A stretch of 63,371 nt of DNA, the filler included, from Rozella allomycis CSF55 (taxonomy: Eukaryota): assembly GCA_000442015.1 (NCBI GenBank). It is 5 parts of 5 records of this genome, joined end to end, with 100 filler letters (N's around TTAATTAATTAA, not from the genome) between each part and the next. Parts side by side here need not be neighbours in the genome. Positions count along the whole stretch, not along the records: positions 1 to 28,020 come from KE561146.1; positions 28,121 to 47,971 come from KE561147.1; 3 more parts are not named here. One strand, 5' to 3'. Position 1 is the first letter of the stretch, and the number at the start of each line of letters is the position of its first letter. The notes under the pieces are model-generated. The model was not told where the DNA came from. It searched no databases and was given only the letters and a program-made list of their open reading frames with translations. The position numbers were made by a program, and so were the translations under genes. This document shows positions 20,943 through 34,569 of the stretch, piece after piece.

Positions 20943-23322
20943 ATGTTCATAAATCGGAAAAAGTTGTCAATTGAATGCAGAAAATATTTCAGTATTTTAA
21001 AGCAGTCTCCTTTGCCCATACCCAAAAGGCCACCGCAAGCTGCAGTGACAGTAGTGGAGAACACGAGTGTAGTTGACAAGACGGAAAACACTACCATGAT
21101 AGCCCAAGATTACAGAGGATTTTACGAACATTTAAAGAGAATAAGCCAGAGTGCCGTGATCCAACAGACGATAAAGTATGTCGAGCTGCCGCATGAAAAT
21201 GCATCAGACTTGATGAGATCTATACAGGGATTGATGGGAGAGCTGCCTGAATATGTTTGCGATGTGTATAAAGTTGAAAAACGTGGGGTTGGAGAAACGG
21301 ATATTGACAGCAATGAGAAATTGATGGAGACGCTTTGTAGGGCGCTGAATGATATGGTAAGAATGTTTGGGTTGAATGATAGATTTATGAAAAAATGGAT
21401 GATAAATGTGCGGCAGAGTTTCTTGATTATATTTTTTTGAAATTGACTTGTGTGCCAACTGAAGTGATGAATGCGTACATGAAAGGGAGACTAGTTAGTA
21501 AAGACTATGAATGGATTACCAAGAAAAGCAAGGACTTTTATTCGAAATGTAATTAAATAGAATAGTATAGATGATAGATAGAACAGAGCCTGATGTCAAG
21601 TACTTTGAAATGCTTAGTGAGGGATTGAATTTTATGGCGGATTATGAGCCTGGAATAAAGCTGTTGGATTATTTAAAGAGCATGAGGATACAAATAACTA
21701 ATGTAAATGTAATTTAACGTGAAAGATAGCCAATAATGGAAAATGTGATGATGGCGTGCATTAAAGCGAGAAGATGTGAAGTTTTGCATGAAATATTCTT
21801 CTATTTTACATTTAGCAAGACCAATGAGCCCCCGTCTGTAAAATGCTATGAAATTGCGGTGCAGGGGTGTATTCCGGTAATTGAGTGATGAATTCTAAAT
21901 TCAGTGGGGAGAAGCAGAAAGAGCTTTGAAATATTATAAGAATTTTCTAACAAAGCAAATTGAGCCCTCAAAGGTTTTGATGAATAATATTTTAGAATGT
22001 TTATCAAAGAGACAAGATTTTTATTATGAGACATTTGATATTCTGCAACAAATGGAAGTTTTTCAGTTGCAACCAGAGCAAGAAACAATGGAGAATTTAA
22101 TTCGTGCTTCTGCGTATTCTGGAGATCAGGAAACGTGTTTAAGATATTTCAATCTATTTCTTAAAAATAGGAAACAAGGGTTTTCTCCAACAAAGAAGAC
22201 GTTTGTTAATGTTATGATTGGATTAAATGGTCCATTCAGACAAAATCATTTGGAAAAGAAAAAGAAAGAAGATGAGAAAGAAGAGAAAGAAGATGATTAC
22301 TTTAATTTAATAAATCCAGTTTATCCATCAGATTTTATGAACACCACAAGATTGGAAGCAGATCTAAAGAAAAGGAACATCTGGGGCTTGGCATCTACAG
22401 ATTACAAAAAAGATTATTCAGAAACCCTAGAAAAGAAATTTACAAGAATTTACAAAGGATATCCTGAAACTTCAACTTTTGCACCTTTAATAAACAACAC
22501 AAAGAAATTGTTTAAATTCACCAAAGAAGAACCAATCCCTAAAGAGTTTACAGTCACACGACTTAAAAGTACAATAAAAGTTGAGAATCCAAATGTTCCA
22601 ATCTTTGATCCAATTTTAACACCAAGAAAAATCACAGATCACGACGATCTTTTAAAAACTGCAGATTATTTATTCAATCTCGCTCAACAGTTTGGGTTTT
22701 CTATTTCAACTCCATTTTTGAATGAACTTTTGAGACTTCACATGAATTTGAAAACAGATAAAGTGAAAGAAATATTCTTTAAAAGCTTTTCAAAATATAG
22801 ATTAAAGAGAAACACAACAACGCTTGATTTGATCATCAATTATTCTTTAATGACCAGGGATCTTGATCTGGCTGTATCAGCAAAGAAATCCCATGAAGTG
22901 GAATACGGAATACTTTCAGATGAATCTTTTATTCTATTCTGCAATGTTTTAGCAGTGTAATTAGTATTAATGTTTATTCATTTAGAACTGGGAATTTTGA
23001 AACAGTTCTTGATCAAGTAAAGGCTAGAAGAGAACAGACTCCTCACATTTATCATTTATACGATTTCAAGTACGTATTAGCTGCATGCAGACGATTCGGT
23101 AGAATAGACATTATTGATGAACTGAAAAAACTAACAAAAACTGATACACGCAATCCAGATTGCTACAGTGCCATTTACAAGAAAAGGTCAGAGATGATTT
23201 ATCCCTTAATGGACAAAGTTTACGGAAAAATGACAAAGACTGGAAGAAGGCATCATCCTCCATTCAAAAGGCACGTTAAATATCCTCTATACTGCAATGA
23301 ATTTTCAAAAGGAAGGCATTAA
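20943..23322 (+). CDS. Pentatricopeptide-repeat (PPR) protein, probably mitochondrial (multi-exon)
   Basis: Basic presequence-like start; PPR-like units such as QPEQETMENLIRASAYSGDQETCLRYFNLF and SPTKKTFVNVMIGL. Confidence 0.65.
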
Positions 23323-23942
23323 TTCATTCAATAAAACATTTTAAAGCTTAAATAACAAGTCTCGAAATGCTCGTTAGTACGAGGAGTTCATCATTGATAC
23401 ATCTTAACGCGTGAAATTGAATGTGATACTTCAATCTCTAATACTTTTCTGGTGCCTGCATTACATTAACAATGGCAACCACAAAGTAGTCAAACTATAA
23501 GATCACAACTCTTGTTTTCTTTCGCAAAGAGTGTAACATACATCTTAAAATTTAAGATTAAATTTGAAATATTCTAACCAAATCTGGGGGCTATCAGAAG
23601 ACTGTAAAGGGTTACACACAGACAGACATATACACAACGAAGAGGAAAGTTGATTAGCTTAAGAATTCAAACGCATGCCAATAATCCTTTCTTAAGCCCG
23701 GGTCGAATATCCCGTCCGATAACTAGAGTCACTGAAAATAGACACAAGATGTTATTCGAATTCATTTAAGAAAAGTTCTAACCACAACTATTGTTTTATT
23801 CACTAATCCAATTTTGACATAATAGAATGATTGCTAAAGTCACGTGCAACTTTGTGGGCTGAGCCACTTTGCAATTAAATTTACTAATTTTCAGAATTTC
23901 TAAAATATAGCTCGTGACTGCGCATTTATTAACCCCGGTCAC

Positions 23943-26900
23943 ATGAAATTTTTTCTACTGTGCGCTACTTGTGCTTATTTGTTCTTTACACTTGCTCTCT
24001 GTGAAGATTTGAGCCAGTATGAAAGATTGAAGAAAAGCCTTGCTGCAGAGATCGCGTTTGGAAAGATCGACTATCTGCCGCCGTACTCGGAGCCACTCTC
24101 TAATCCTGTCAAAAAGCAAAAGGACTTTTTCAAGCTGCTTGTTCTAGATAATGAAGTTGACCTGGTCAAGGGGATCACCGTCCATGCCTACAAACTCTTG
24201 TTCTCTAGATATCACTATCCAGAGTCCATTTTTACTTTTGCCATCAAGGAAGACAAGCTAGAAATCTTCAAGATTCTTATTGAAGCTGTAAAGCCAGAAC
24301 ACTACGAGTACATTGATGTTGGTTTTATTGTCGTAGAACATGGTACTGATGAGTTAAATAATATGAAAAATCTTAATACTAACAATAATTTTATTTTAAG
24401 TACCCCGGTAGATCCAGAGGATCAATATGGACCTCTTGTAGAAAATTTTTATTGTTCCTGAAAATTCCTTTTNGAATACGTGGATTTCTTGGTCTCAAAA
24501 GGAATCTTTAGTGTCGCTGACGTTGAAGCTACTTTCGATAACTTTGATGATTTTGATGTGCCTGCTAATTTTATTGCCGCCAAATTTGATTATGAACTTG
24601 TTAACATTGACACTTTAATTGAAATTCAAGCCGATGAGAATATCAACGAGAATGATAGTAGAAGTAAAATATATGTGAAAAGTCTTAATGAAAAGCGTTT
24701 CCTTTCCAAAGAAATTCGTGACACCTTATGCAATCAGGATATGCCAAGTATTTTGAAATGTCGTTCAAATAGCAATCAAGTGTACAAAAAGATGGAACTC
24801 CCAATGGTAAACTATTACAAATATCTTTCTCTTTCTTCTTTATGGCATTATGAATCTCCAAAGCAAGTTATTGTTGATTTAACTGTACCAGAGATATTAA
24901 GTTCCAGGAATACGGTAATATTTCAAGTTCAAGAGATACTTTTTCGTGAAGAATATGGTATGTGTACCGAAGCACATAAAGAATTTGTGAGAGGCGATGC
25001 TCGTACAGATTTAGAAAATTATTTGAATTTATATGCGAAACCTGATGATAGTATTTTTGCAAGTGCTGTCTTCGCTGGAATTGTTGGTACTAGATTTGGA
25101 TATTTTTACCCTGTTTTTAAAAAGTATTTTACTAATTTACGTGCCAAAGATCTCATGTTTTTAAAAACAGGGCAAAAGAGTATCGGGGTGGCATTTAAAT
25201 ATGAGAAGATGCCTTGGGATGTGATTGATACATTGCTTCGTGATTTTCCTGATTCTCATCATATTATGCTACGTTTGTTTTATATTAGTTGGCAAACATA
25301 TGAAGATGATGAGTTGACGCCTTATCTATATTTATTTTTTAAACATTTTGATCGAAATGATCCCAAACTTAAGCATTTTTTGAAATTAACACTGTCCTTC
25401 ATTTTCCATTATGGACGATTTAATCTAATTTACGAAATAATTTCTGCTGGATATGTGCCCTTGGATCTAACCATAAGAAATAATTTAAATATTGCCCAAT
25501 TGTTGGTATCGTTTCAAGCGAAAGATGTTGTTTTAAAATTAGAAAAATCTGACCTTAAAGAAGAATTTAGAAAGGCATTGTTGATTGACTATGGATTCAA
25601 TGCGGACGCGTTAAGAACTTCTATTTGCTCTAATTCAAAATTTAGCCCAGTGGTTCTTAAATTACTAATTGATTTAGTTCCTGAAGAATTAACAAGATTA
25701 GATATTAAGGAGGAAACAATTGAGCAAACGTGTCATAATAATTCTAATATTTACAAGCATTTAGTTGGGCAAAAGAAGAAGCGAGGATTGCAAGTTTTTT
25801 CTGCTCGTAGCTACAAGGAGAGAAATCACTTTCTTGAAAGGACTTTTCCTAACATCAAGAGACCAAATACTCCAAAAGGAACGCAAAAACAGAAAATATT
25901 GAGTTATGGATCGTTTAATTTTGAAAGAAATGTGGCACTTGAAAATGGGCAAATTGTTGATCATTTATATCAATTAATTAAAGAAGGAAAAGAAGATCTC
26001 GTTAAATATTATAAAACAATTTACACTAATAGATCTCTTTTGAGTCCGAAAATTCCAAAGTCTTATCTTTCATTAGCTGTTGAACATGGAAACTTAAATA
26101 TTGTTAAATCATTAATAGAAATACATGAAATGGAAGATTTCTTTTCATTCTTTTTATCATCTAAAGAATTACCAAATCATTTAGTTTATCAAATCATTGA
26201 ATTAAAGCGCATTGAAATACTTAACTATTTAATGGACAGGGGTGTTATTAAAGAAGAGATTCTTTTCGCATGTTTGCAAACATTTAAAGATCGTCAAAAA
26301 GTTGATGAATTCTTAAAGGAAGTTCAAAGTGTTGCTTTGTCTCTATTGGAATATATGTCGTCTGTTGAAAGTGAATTGTTTTTTGACAAAATGAGCTCCA
26401 TTTTGTTGGATACATTGAATTCTAAAAAACTGTTGTTGCCTGTTGAGCCCCAGCTAGTCATTGAAGATTCAAAGGAAGAACTAGATTTAAATGATCCAAC
26501 TGTTTTATTGAAGAACATCATCGAACATAGCCCAGAATCATTTCATGAAGAGTATAAAAGATTAACGGAAAAATTGAATCCGCATTTGTTTTTCTATATT
26601 GATAAAANNNNNNNNNNNNNNNNNNNNNNNNNNNNNNNNNNNNNNNNNNNNNNNNNNNNNNNNNNNNNNNNNNNNNNNNNNNNNNNNNNNNNNNNNNNNN
26701 NNNNNNNNNNNNNNNNNNNNNNNCCCTGAGGTCTTTTACACTGAAGTTATCTTTTTTCAAATGATTTACACAAATGATTACGAATTGTTAAAATTTGTTC
26801 TTGAAAATACAAAAGATTTTCACATCTATTTACAAAATCTCTACATTGAAGATTCCAATACAAAGCAATCATATTTCGAAAGAGTATTAAGCACAAATCC

Positions 26901-27333
26901 TGAATTGGTATCTGTTCTCGTCAATTCCGGTGCCTTCCCTCTCTCATTTCGATTGAATAGCTCATTTAATGTTGCTCAAAGAATATTGGTATCTGATGTT
27001 TACAATTCTCTTCGCAAATATAATCAAGATGAAGTTAGAGAAGCATTGACGAAAGTTAGTCTTGGAATGAACTTTGCTCTTAAAATGTACTTCGAAGCTT
27101 CCAAAGAAAATTATGATGAAGAATTTGTGAAATATTTGGTTGATTTGGAAAGGACAAGTTTGATACGCAAAGATTATAATGGGAAAGACATCTTTGCCTA
27201 CTGTCAAAAGAATTCATTCATAAGAAAAGAAACTGTCGACTTTTTGACTAGAATGAAGGTGCTGTTTGTGATCGAAGTAAAGAAAAATTCAAGCTACCTC
27301 ATTAGAACGTTTAAATTAAAGTCAATAAATTAA
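23943..27333 (+). CDS. Large predicted secreted helical/ankyrin-like repeat protein, broken by an 'n' join (24473) and an N gap; may be more than one paralog
   Basis: Signal peptide MKFFLLCATCAYLFFTLALC; long intronless ORFs; ankyrin-like LSLAVEHGNLNIVKSLI and KDYNGKDIFAYC. Confidence 0.6.
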
Positions 27334-27443
27334 CTTAATCTCTTAGCTTTTTTACATGCGTCGAGTATAACAATTTCTTTTGAACATTACAAAGTTGGTC
27401 TACAGTTCTGCAAAATCCAATTGTATGTGCACTTGGAAATTTC

Positions 27444-28020
27444 ATGTCCAAGAAACGTAGTGGCGAGCCATCTCAGCCAAGGAAAAAACAAANGAGCCAT
27501 CTCAACCAAGAAAAAAACAAAAAACCCAAAATCTAGACATACCAGATTACGATAACGAAATGGCCACTATCAGATTATCCAAAGAGTGTCGTTGGGTCGG
27601 CGCTCATGTTTCTGCAGCCAAGGGACTACAAAACGCAGTTTTCAACTGTATGAAAATAAAAGGAAATGCATTTGCATTGTTTCTAAAATCACAAAGGAAG
27701 TGGTCCTCACCACCCCTCGATCCAACTATTGTAGAAAAATTCAAAAAGGCGTGTTGCGATTACAAATTCAACCCAGAGAATATTCTGCCTCATGGATCAT
27801 ATTTGATCAATTTAGGTAAAACCTTAAAACATTGTTGATTCTTAGGAAATCCCGATTCCGAAAAGCGAGAAAAGAGTTATGATGCTTTTCTTGATGATTT
27901 GAAGAGATGCGAGCAGCTGAATATAAAGTATTACAATTTTCATCCGGGGAGCACAGTTGGGCAATGCAAACCGATTGAGAGCATTAAAAATATAGCGGCT
28001 TGCATTAACAGAGCACACCA
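27444..28020 (+). CDS. APN1: AP endonuclease 1 (endonuclease IV family), truncated by scaffold end
   Basis: [43 protein letters not shown]. Confidence 0.92.
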
Positions 28021-28064
28021 NNNNNNNNNNNNNNNNNNNNNNNNNNNNNNNNNNNNNNNNNNNN

Positions 28065-28076
28065 TTAATTAATTAA
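28065..28076. other. Artificial scaffold linker TTAATTAATTAA
   Basis: Six-frame stop palindrome flanked by N runs. Confidence 0.95.
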
Positions 28077-28839
28077 NNNNNNNNNNNNNNNNNNNNNNNN
28101 NNNNNNNNNNNNNNNNNNNNTGATAAATTAATTAGTAAATTTCCATTTAATTAATTAAATGAATTGGCAATTAATTTAATATTCTTGACAGGATTTAATC
28201 ATTATTATTTGTTATCAAACTCGTCTGTGTTCGGATTGGGTTGTTTTTTCTAGTGTACTGTCGGGTGATTTTTTATTGTCCTAACTTCTTTAGGGCTGTG
28301 TGATTTGATTTTCTCAATTATTTAATAAATTTGAACGTACAGTGTAATTTATTGATTTCTAAAACGTTTGAATTAGAGCAAGATCATTAAGATCTGACTT
28401 CTTGACCCATTGATGATAAGCAGCAGTTGAGTGTTTCCATATTATAGAGCGTTGATTGGCAGTGTTATAATTCTAAAAGCCATTTACCGGCCTCGCAAGC
28501 AGTAGTGGGTATGGTGCCGATTTTGTTAACGTTAACGACGATTCTTTAATGTCCATATAGCATTATATACTGGATACATCTTTTTCCCAATCATCCAGTT
28601 CACCATTGAATTTTTTAGAAATGCACTGGCACTTGTTTGCTACAAATACTTATTGCTATGTTAGAAATTACAAATTACTTGAGGTCCATTAGCAGTATGA
28701 TCAAACGGTAACGATGCAATAATAACATTTAAAGGGTGACGACCATGTTTACCTCTTTTGAAGTGTAAGCATGGGAGGTATGATGGAACCTTATTTAAAC
28801 AATCACTTCACAATCCTTGCCATGTTACACTTTGCTGTA

Positions 28840-29680
28840 TAATATTTTTGTTCATCGATTTTGCTCCAAATTGGCTTATATTATGAGTTGGATTAAAGAT
28901 GTCGTCTCACGGTCGTTGATAACGATATCGCTATGTAGTTTGCTAAATACACCCATGTCTCATTTTGTAAATTAAGCACCAGTGGACGTAACTCAAGTAA
29001 AAAACAAAACAAGGGTTAAAGGGTTACTCAGGTACTTAGAGAATTAAGTAAAAAGGGACATCGTTATTTACGGCAGAGTGGCCAAACTTCAGTGGGCATC
29101 TCATTATTGACAGCTTCGTACTGACAAACCTAGAAATGCTCTCATTCATTTAGACGGAAAGATGTTTCAACAATTAAGTGAGGATCAATACCTACAAAAT
29201 TAAAAAAGGACATTTAAACTATTTTAAGATACATTAGCGTGGAAAAAGGTCTAACCTTTTTTCAGGCGTTCAAGGTGCTTTACAAAATGATAAAAACGTG
29301 CAGAAAGACGAATTGTGTAACCATTGGGCTTTAATGCAGGTCCTAGAGCTATGCCACAAATATACATGGATTTTAAGGCAATCTACGTAAGTTTGGAAAG
29401 TTAGATTTTTTCATTACGGTGGCTTGTAACCCTTTGTGGTGTCCTGTAATTAAGGACTACAAAATGTCGAACCAAACAGCGCGAAATCGCCCCTGAGATT
29501 TTCGCCCATGCACTTAATCAAAAACTTAAAATGATGATGCAAGACCTCACAAAAAGGCAATATGTTTGGAAAAGTCATTGTATTTATGATTGATGTAGAA
29601 TATGTCAAACAAGGGTATAGGCATGCTCAAATTTTACTTATCTTCGATGAATCATCCAAACCTCGCGACCCAATCTGTAA
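28840..29680 (+). mobile_element. Decayed Helitron Rep fragment
   Basis: Frame-broken motifs GKMFQQ..DQY, GPRAM, FGKLDFFIT..CNP.W, RPEI..H.L..KL, FGKV....VEY.K.G..HAQILL. Confidence 0.75.
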
Positions 29681-29829
29681 TACTAAAAGCGGAGTTGCCA
29701 TGGTAACTGGTTGTCAAGAATANGCATTCATGCTGGGGATGATACCTACATCATCTTGCTCTATTTTTAACAACAGAAATTAAGCAAATTCGAATGATAT
29801 TAAAATATTTTTTAAACTTCTACATTTAT

Positions 29830-32800
29830 TGTTGTTTCTTATCAAACACAATTTAAGAAAAAGACCCCTGAACCTCCTCCTGCGAATATCGAAAGGGGAT
29901 GACTTTCCAGAACTGCCCTTAAACACATACATTATTAACATACAAACCATGTATGTCATATCAACTTTCAGGGAAAACCGCCGTGCAGACCTCGCCCTAC
30001 CGTTCAAAGTGGCACAAACCCGCCAAAAGTCTACCCAGCCTAAAACAACCCAATTTACGAAAAAGATGCTTCCAGTACCCCATGTAACATGACTCACAAA
30101 ACTTACGGTAGAGTTCTAAGGATTCAGCTCAACGCACCAAAAGAAGGGAAGGAGTATAAACGGCCATCAAAATGGTAGCGAATTTCCCTTATTCGTACTC
30201 GTATGTCAACGAGGACAATAACCTTGTCTTAAGAGCCTGTAAATTCGATCATGAATTAAAAGACTATGACCAAAAGAAAATACAGGACTACCTAAAGAGG
30301 CATAAGTAAAGTTAATGACGAAGCCTTACTAACAATCAAAATGACCTCCCAGAAAGATGTATTTATGGATTATTCAGGAATGAAAGTTGAAACTGCGCAA
30401 GATGTGACGGTCCATCTAAAAAGAGAATTCGACCGCGCTGTTCAAGNTCTCTTTACGAGTGAAGCGAGTACTAACCCTCAACTGTGACAATGGCGTGCGA
30501 ACCCACTTAAAAATAATGTGAACGAGAAACATAGAAAAGTTTTCCAGGTAACATGTTGGACCCATGCCCAAAATATCGCGCTTCTAAATCTCAATTACGC
30601 CAACCATCTTGTAGACCAAACTGGTTNCTGTAATACTAAAAGCGGAGTTGCCATGATAACTGGTTGTCAAGAACATAATTGAACCTTCCATGATGCCATT
30701 AATGAGTAGTATTTTCTATTTTGAATGCTTATAAGTTGTCGTCTGAGCCNTGACTTTAAATTTGTGTCAGCCGAAATACCAGATAGGATACTGAACCAGA
30801 GTTACTTTACGACCCATATGGTTCATGGCCCTTACGGGCAAATTAACACCCGATCTTCTGCAAGAGTCACACTGATCCACACAGATCACCTATATTTTCC
30901 AAAGCGTATCCCAAAACTATCTATCAGCTTGCGAAGCTTTATTGCGCATTTTTGAGTTAAATTTCAAAGGGCCATTTGCATGCAATTTACAGCTTACCGG
31001 TGCACTTAGAAGAAAGTCAATTAGTTACATTTACGGAATCGGAATCTTTAGATAATATTTTGAAGAGAGGACCCGGAACCATACTTATAACTCCTAACAT
31101 TTGTGGACTTTCCTAAACGTTACGTGTGGATGAATAATTCATGTCCTTGGACGAAGATCTCAGAATGTTAAACCGAGACCTTGATTTGTCTCGGCGTCTG
31201 AGTCTGAGCGATTTCATTTGCCTGCCAAAGGTGCGACTTCATTTGCTGACGATCTCAATATCCTCACATTGTCAGAAACACCAGGCGAGCACTGTAGTTC
31301 TTAGGCCTAGTGTGACCTCGAATGCTTTTTCGTGCAAACCAAAAAACATGTGCCTTGAATTCGATTCCCCCTGTCTTTGGTCTGGTTGACAGGGCCGTGT
31401 AAAACAATTAAGACTCAAAGGTGACGGATTAAAATGTTATTTTCACACCATTCAAGAAAAGATTTTAAGAATAATTCTTCAGGGTCCGAATAAATACTAG
31501 CTACCTTAAAGGGTTGATGTTGATTTCTAGATTGTTTGAAGATGAATTGCATCATCTGTTGTCTTCTCAAAACAATTGATAAAAACATATCTCGACTTCG
31601 AATCAATTATCAGTTGCCAATTCATAGATGTAAACTGGGTACTGAACAAAACCACGTGCGTATTTAATTCTTCTAAACCTCTTTGCGCTAAAGGTTTGTT
31701 TGGCAGATGGGTGATGTTTAGACTGGAAGAGGGAATAATTTTGATATAAATACGGATGTTGTGACAAATGATAATAATGTTAATATTGATGATATTGATC
31801 AGGACCAAAATTTGGAGCACACGCAGGTCGATCATGGGACCTGCACCTCGAATGTAGACTACTGGGTCTTTTGATGTTGAGACAAATGATAATAATGATA
31901 ATATTGATGAGACTGATCTGGAACAANCCAAAATATCGCGCTTCTAAATCTCAATTACGCCAACCATCTTGTAGACCAAACTGGTTTCTCCATTGCCGTC
32001 AGTGAAACCGAAGACAACTTGAGAACAAGTGGTCCAAATTTTGTTGTATTAAAAAAGCAGAAAGGCAATATGAATTTCTTTGACGCCATTAGTCGCCCGC
32101 TGTAAAGTCCATTCGAAAACATTCCTATACCTCGAAACTTTCACCAAAAAAGATTCCGGGAAAATAATATCCTACATTGAGACCACGCCATTGCTTCAAG
32201 GCCCATAAAGGCACAAGTAGCCAAGAAAAGCACTACATGACAAACATGCGAGAAACACTGACCGTTGAAACCAGCCAACCCAAACGCCGACGTGCGCTCT
32301 TACCTCACCCAGAAGAGGACACTGAGTCTCACAAGAAACATTGGGAAGTATCTAGCACAGACTATAGGGGCTTGTCTAGTAAATCCTTTGAACGTCTTTC
32401 ACGTGAACGCCGACTCGTGAGAGCTGAACAAGAAAGCCAACCCAACAGCCAAACAATACAGGAAGAGGATGTAACATCTGAACAAGAATATGAAAACAAT
32501 GCGCTACCAAACGACGTCGCAGCCGCTTACGCCGTCCAAAACCGTGAAACAAAAAGAATGAACGTAAACAATGAAGATCTTTATTTTTTTTTATGTTTAC
32601 CATAGTGTCACTACGAAACCGCGAGTCCTACAAACAACTGCAACAGCAGTACCCAAAACAACGAGAAGCCACCACACATTTCATTTATTACTCAATCTTA
32701 AACCAATATCGACNCTTTTATGTTTACCATAGTGTCACTACGGAACAGCGAGTCCTACAAAAAACTGCAACAGCAGTACCCAAAACAACAAGAAGCCACC

Positions 32801-34538
32801 ACACATTTCATTTATTACTCAATCTTAAACCAACATAGACAAGTGAAAACTACAACAACCTCAATACCAAAACAAAACCAGCAAATTCAAAACAATTTCG
32901 TTATAACCTTAAGGGAAAAACCAAGTTCCGTAAACATTGCTCGTTCCAGGGAAACATAGATAATATAACAATCTTCCACCAAAACGTCCGAGGACTGGGG
33001 CATAACATATACAACTATATGAGCGAACAACTACAAGATTTTATTCTTATAAATAAACTGTCCATATTTACAGTCTCTGATGTCGGCTCACCTCACGTTC
33101 AACTTCGCAAATGGTTTAGACACAACCCTATTAATGACACTTACGCCCTAATAAGTGATAATAACGATGACCAACACAAAGAAACGGCAATATTAATTGA
33201 CCGGTGCCTGACAAAATATATTCAAAATATGCAAATCTGCAAGGAAGATCGATATCACTTAGATTAAGATATAAAGATTTCGATCTGCTTAAAATCACCG
33301 TGTATTACCCTGCGTGAAAGACCTCTGCAGAATGCCCCGATGTCAATAAATTTATTAAAGCAGAAATTCGCAAAGCCAACATCCGAACCCAAATAGTCTT
33401 ACTTGGTGATTGGAATGCAACCATAAACCCACAAATGGATCGATGCGAGTCAGAACAAGCTGTACGCACCAACGCTCCTGAAAATACTATTTAATTTCTT
33501 ATCAATCATGAATTTAAAGACCCATACCGGGATCTTTACCCTTGTACAAAGAACTTTACATATAACCATATCTCACGAAGAGATTTCTTTATTATAAACA
33601 ATCCATCGCATAACACGGTTATAGACTGTGCCATTGTAAGCCCTAATATGGATACCGACCACAAAGCTATTAAATGGAGAACGGAAATACCAATTGCTTT
33701 GCCCAAATACAAACCATTTGAATGTAGCCGATGGAAAATAGACAAAAACACCATTACTGATACTGACATAGAGGCCATCAAGACGGACGTAAGCTCGTAT
33801 TCATATATTCAGGAGTTTATCCATCCAAAAAATGCGAAAGAATCTACACTCAACTACTTCCACCACTTAAACCAAATTCAGTACCTTATTCGGGAATCGG
33901 CAAAGCTGACGCTGCCCATTAAAAACATAAAGTCAACACGCAAGACTAAATACACACCATCGGAAATTCTTCGTGACATTAAGAGGTTAATACGAGCTAA
34001 GCCGCAGAACTACTAAATATGTGATATATTAGTTGAACCAATGCAAGTAAAAAGTAAAATTTTATCATACTACAAACACAACATCTATGCTGCACTAAAT
34101 AACCACCTACCAAACGTACAGCGCTTGCCCCAAGAATGGCAAGATATTTACAGGGCTAAATACAAAAACTCATGGGATGTATTACAACTGAAGAACTTTT
34201 AAATGCTCTTGCACACGCACCAACAAATAAAGCCCCTGGACATCGGGAATAACCTTTGAATTGCTTAGACTTTACTACCCATTTTGACAATTATCACGCA
34301 ATGTTTTAATAACATCATTGATACATTTAAACCAGAGAGGTCCATAGAACAAGGTTCACCAGCATCTTGTATAATGTTTTAAGCTCACTGTGATCCGCTG
34401 TTTATAATGACCGCCAAAGAAAACATCGGTTACAAAATTGATCGAACATTTGTAACTACCATCGGTTATGCTGACGATAATCATTCCGTTATATGGACCT
34501 TAGAGGCGCTGCAAACTGCCACAAACAAAACCTATACN
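29830..34538 (+). mobile_element. Degenerate LINE (ORF1 remnants, APE endonuclease ~32960-33700, RT remnant to 34538); mosaic of contigs
   Basis: HQNVRGLG, LLGDWNA, TDHKAI, KAPG.SGITFE, QGSPASC, GYADD; homologous to the 50918-55528 copies. Confidence 0.75.
30753..30860 (+). mobile_element. Helitron Rep fragment (continuation)
   Basis: FVSAEIPD...HMVHGPYGQIN motif typical of Helitron Rep. Confidence 0.6.
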
Positions 34539-34569
34539 TTTTGTACTTCAAGGGGATGGATTTAAAGAT

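Noticed and set aside
28021-28120. TTAATTAATTAA palindrome in N runs (also 48016, 55573, 62119) as a biological repeat
   Set aside because: Standard artificial six-frame-stop linker; adjacency across it is meaningless.
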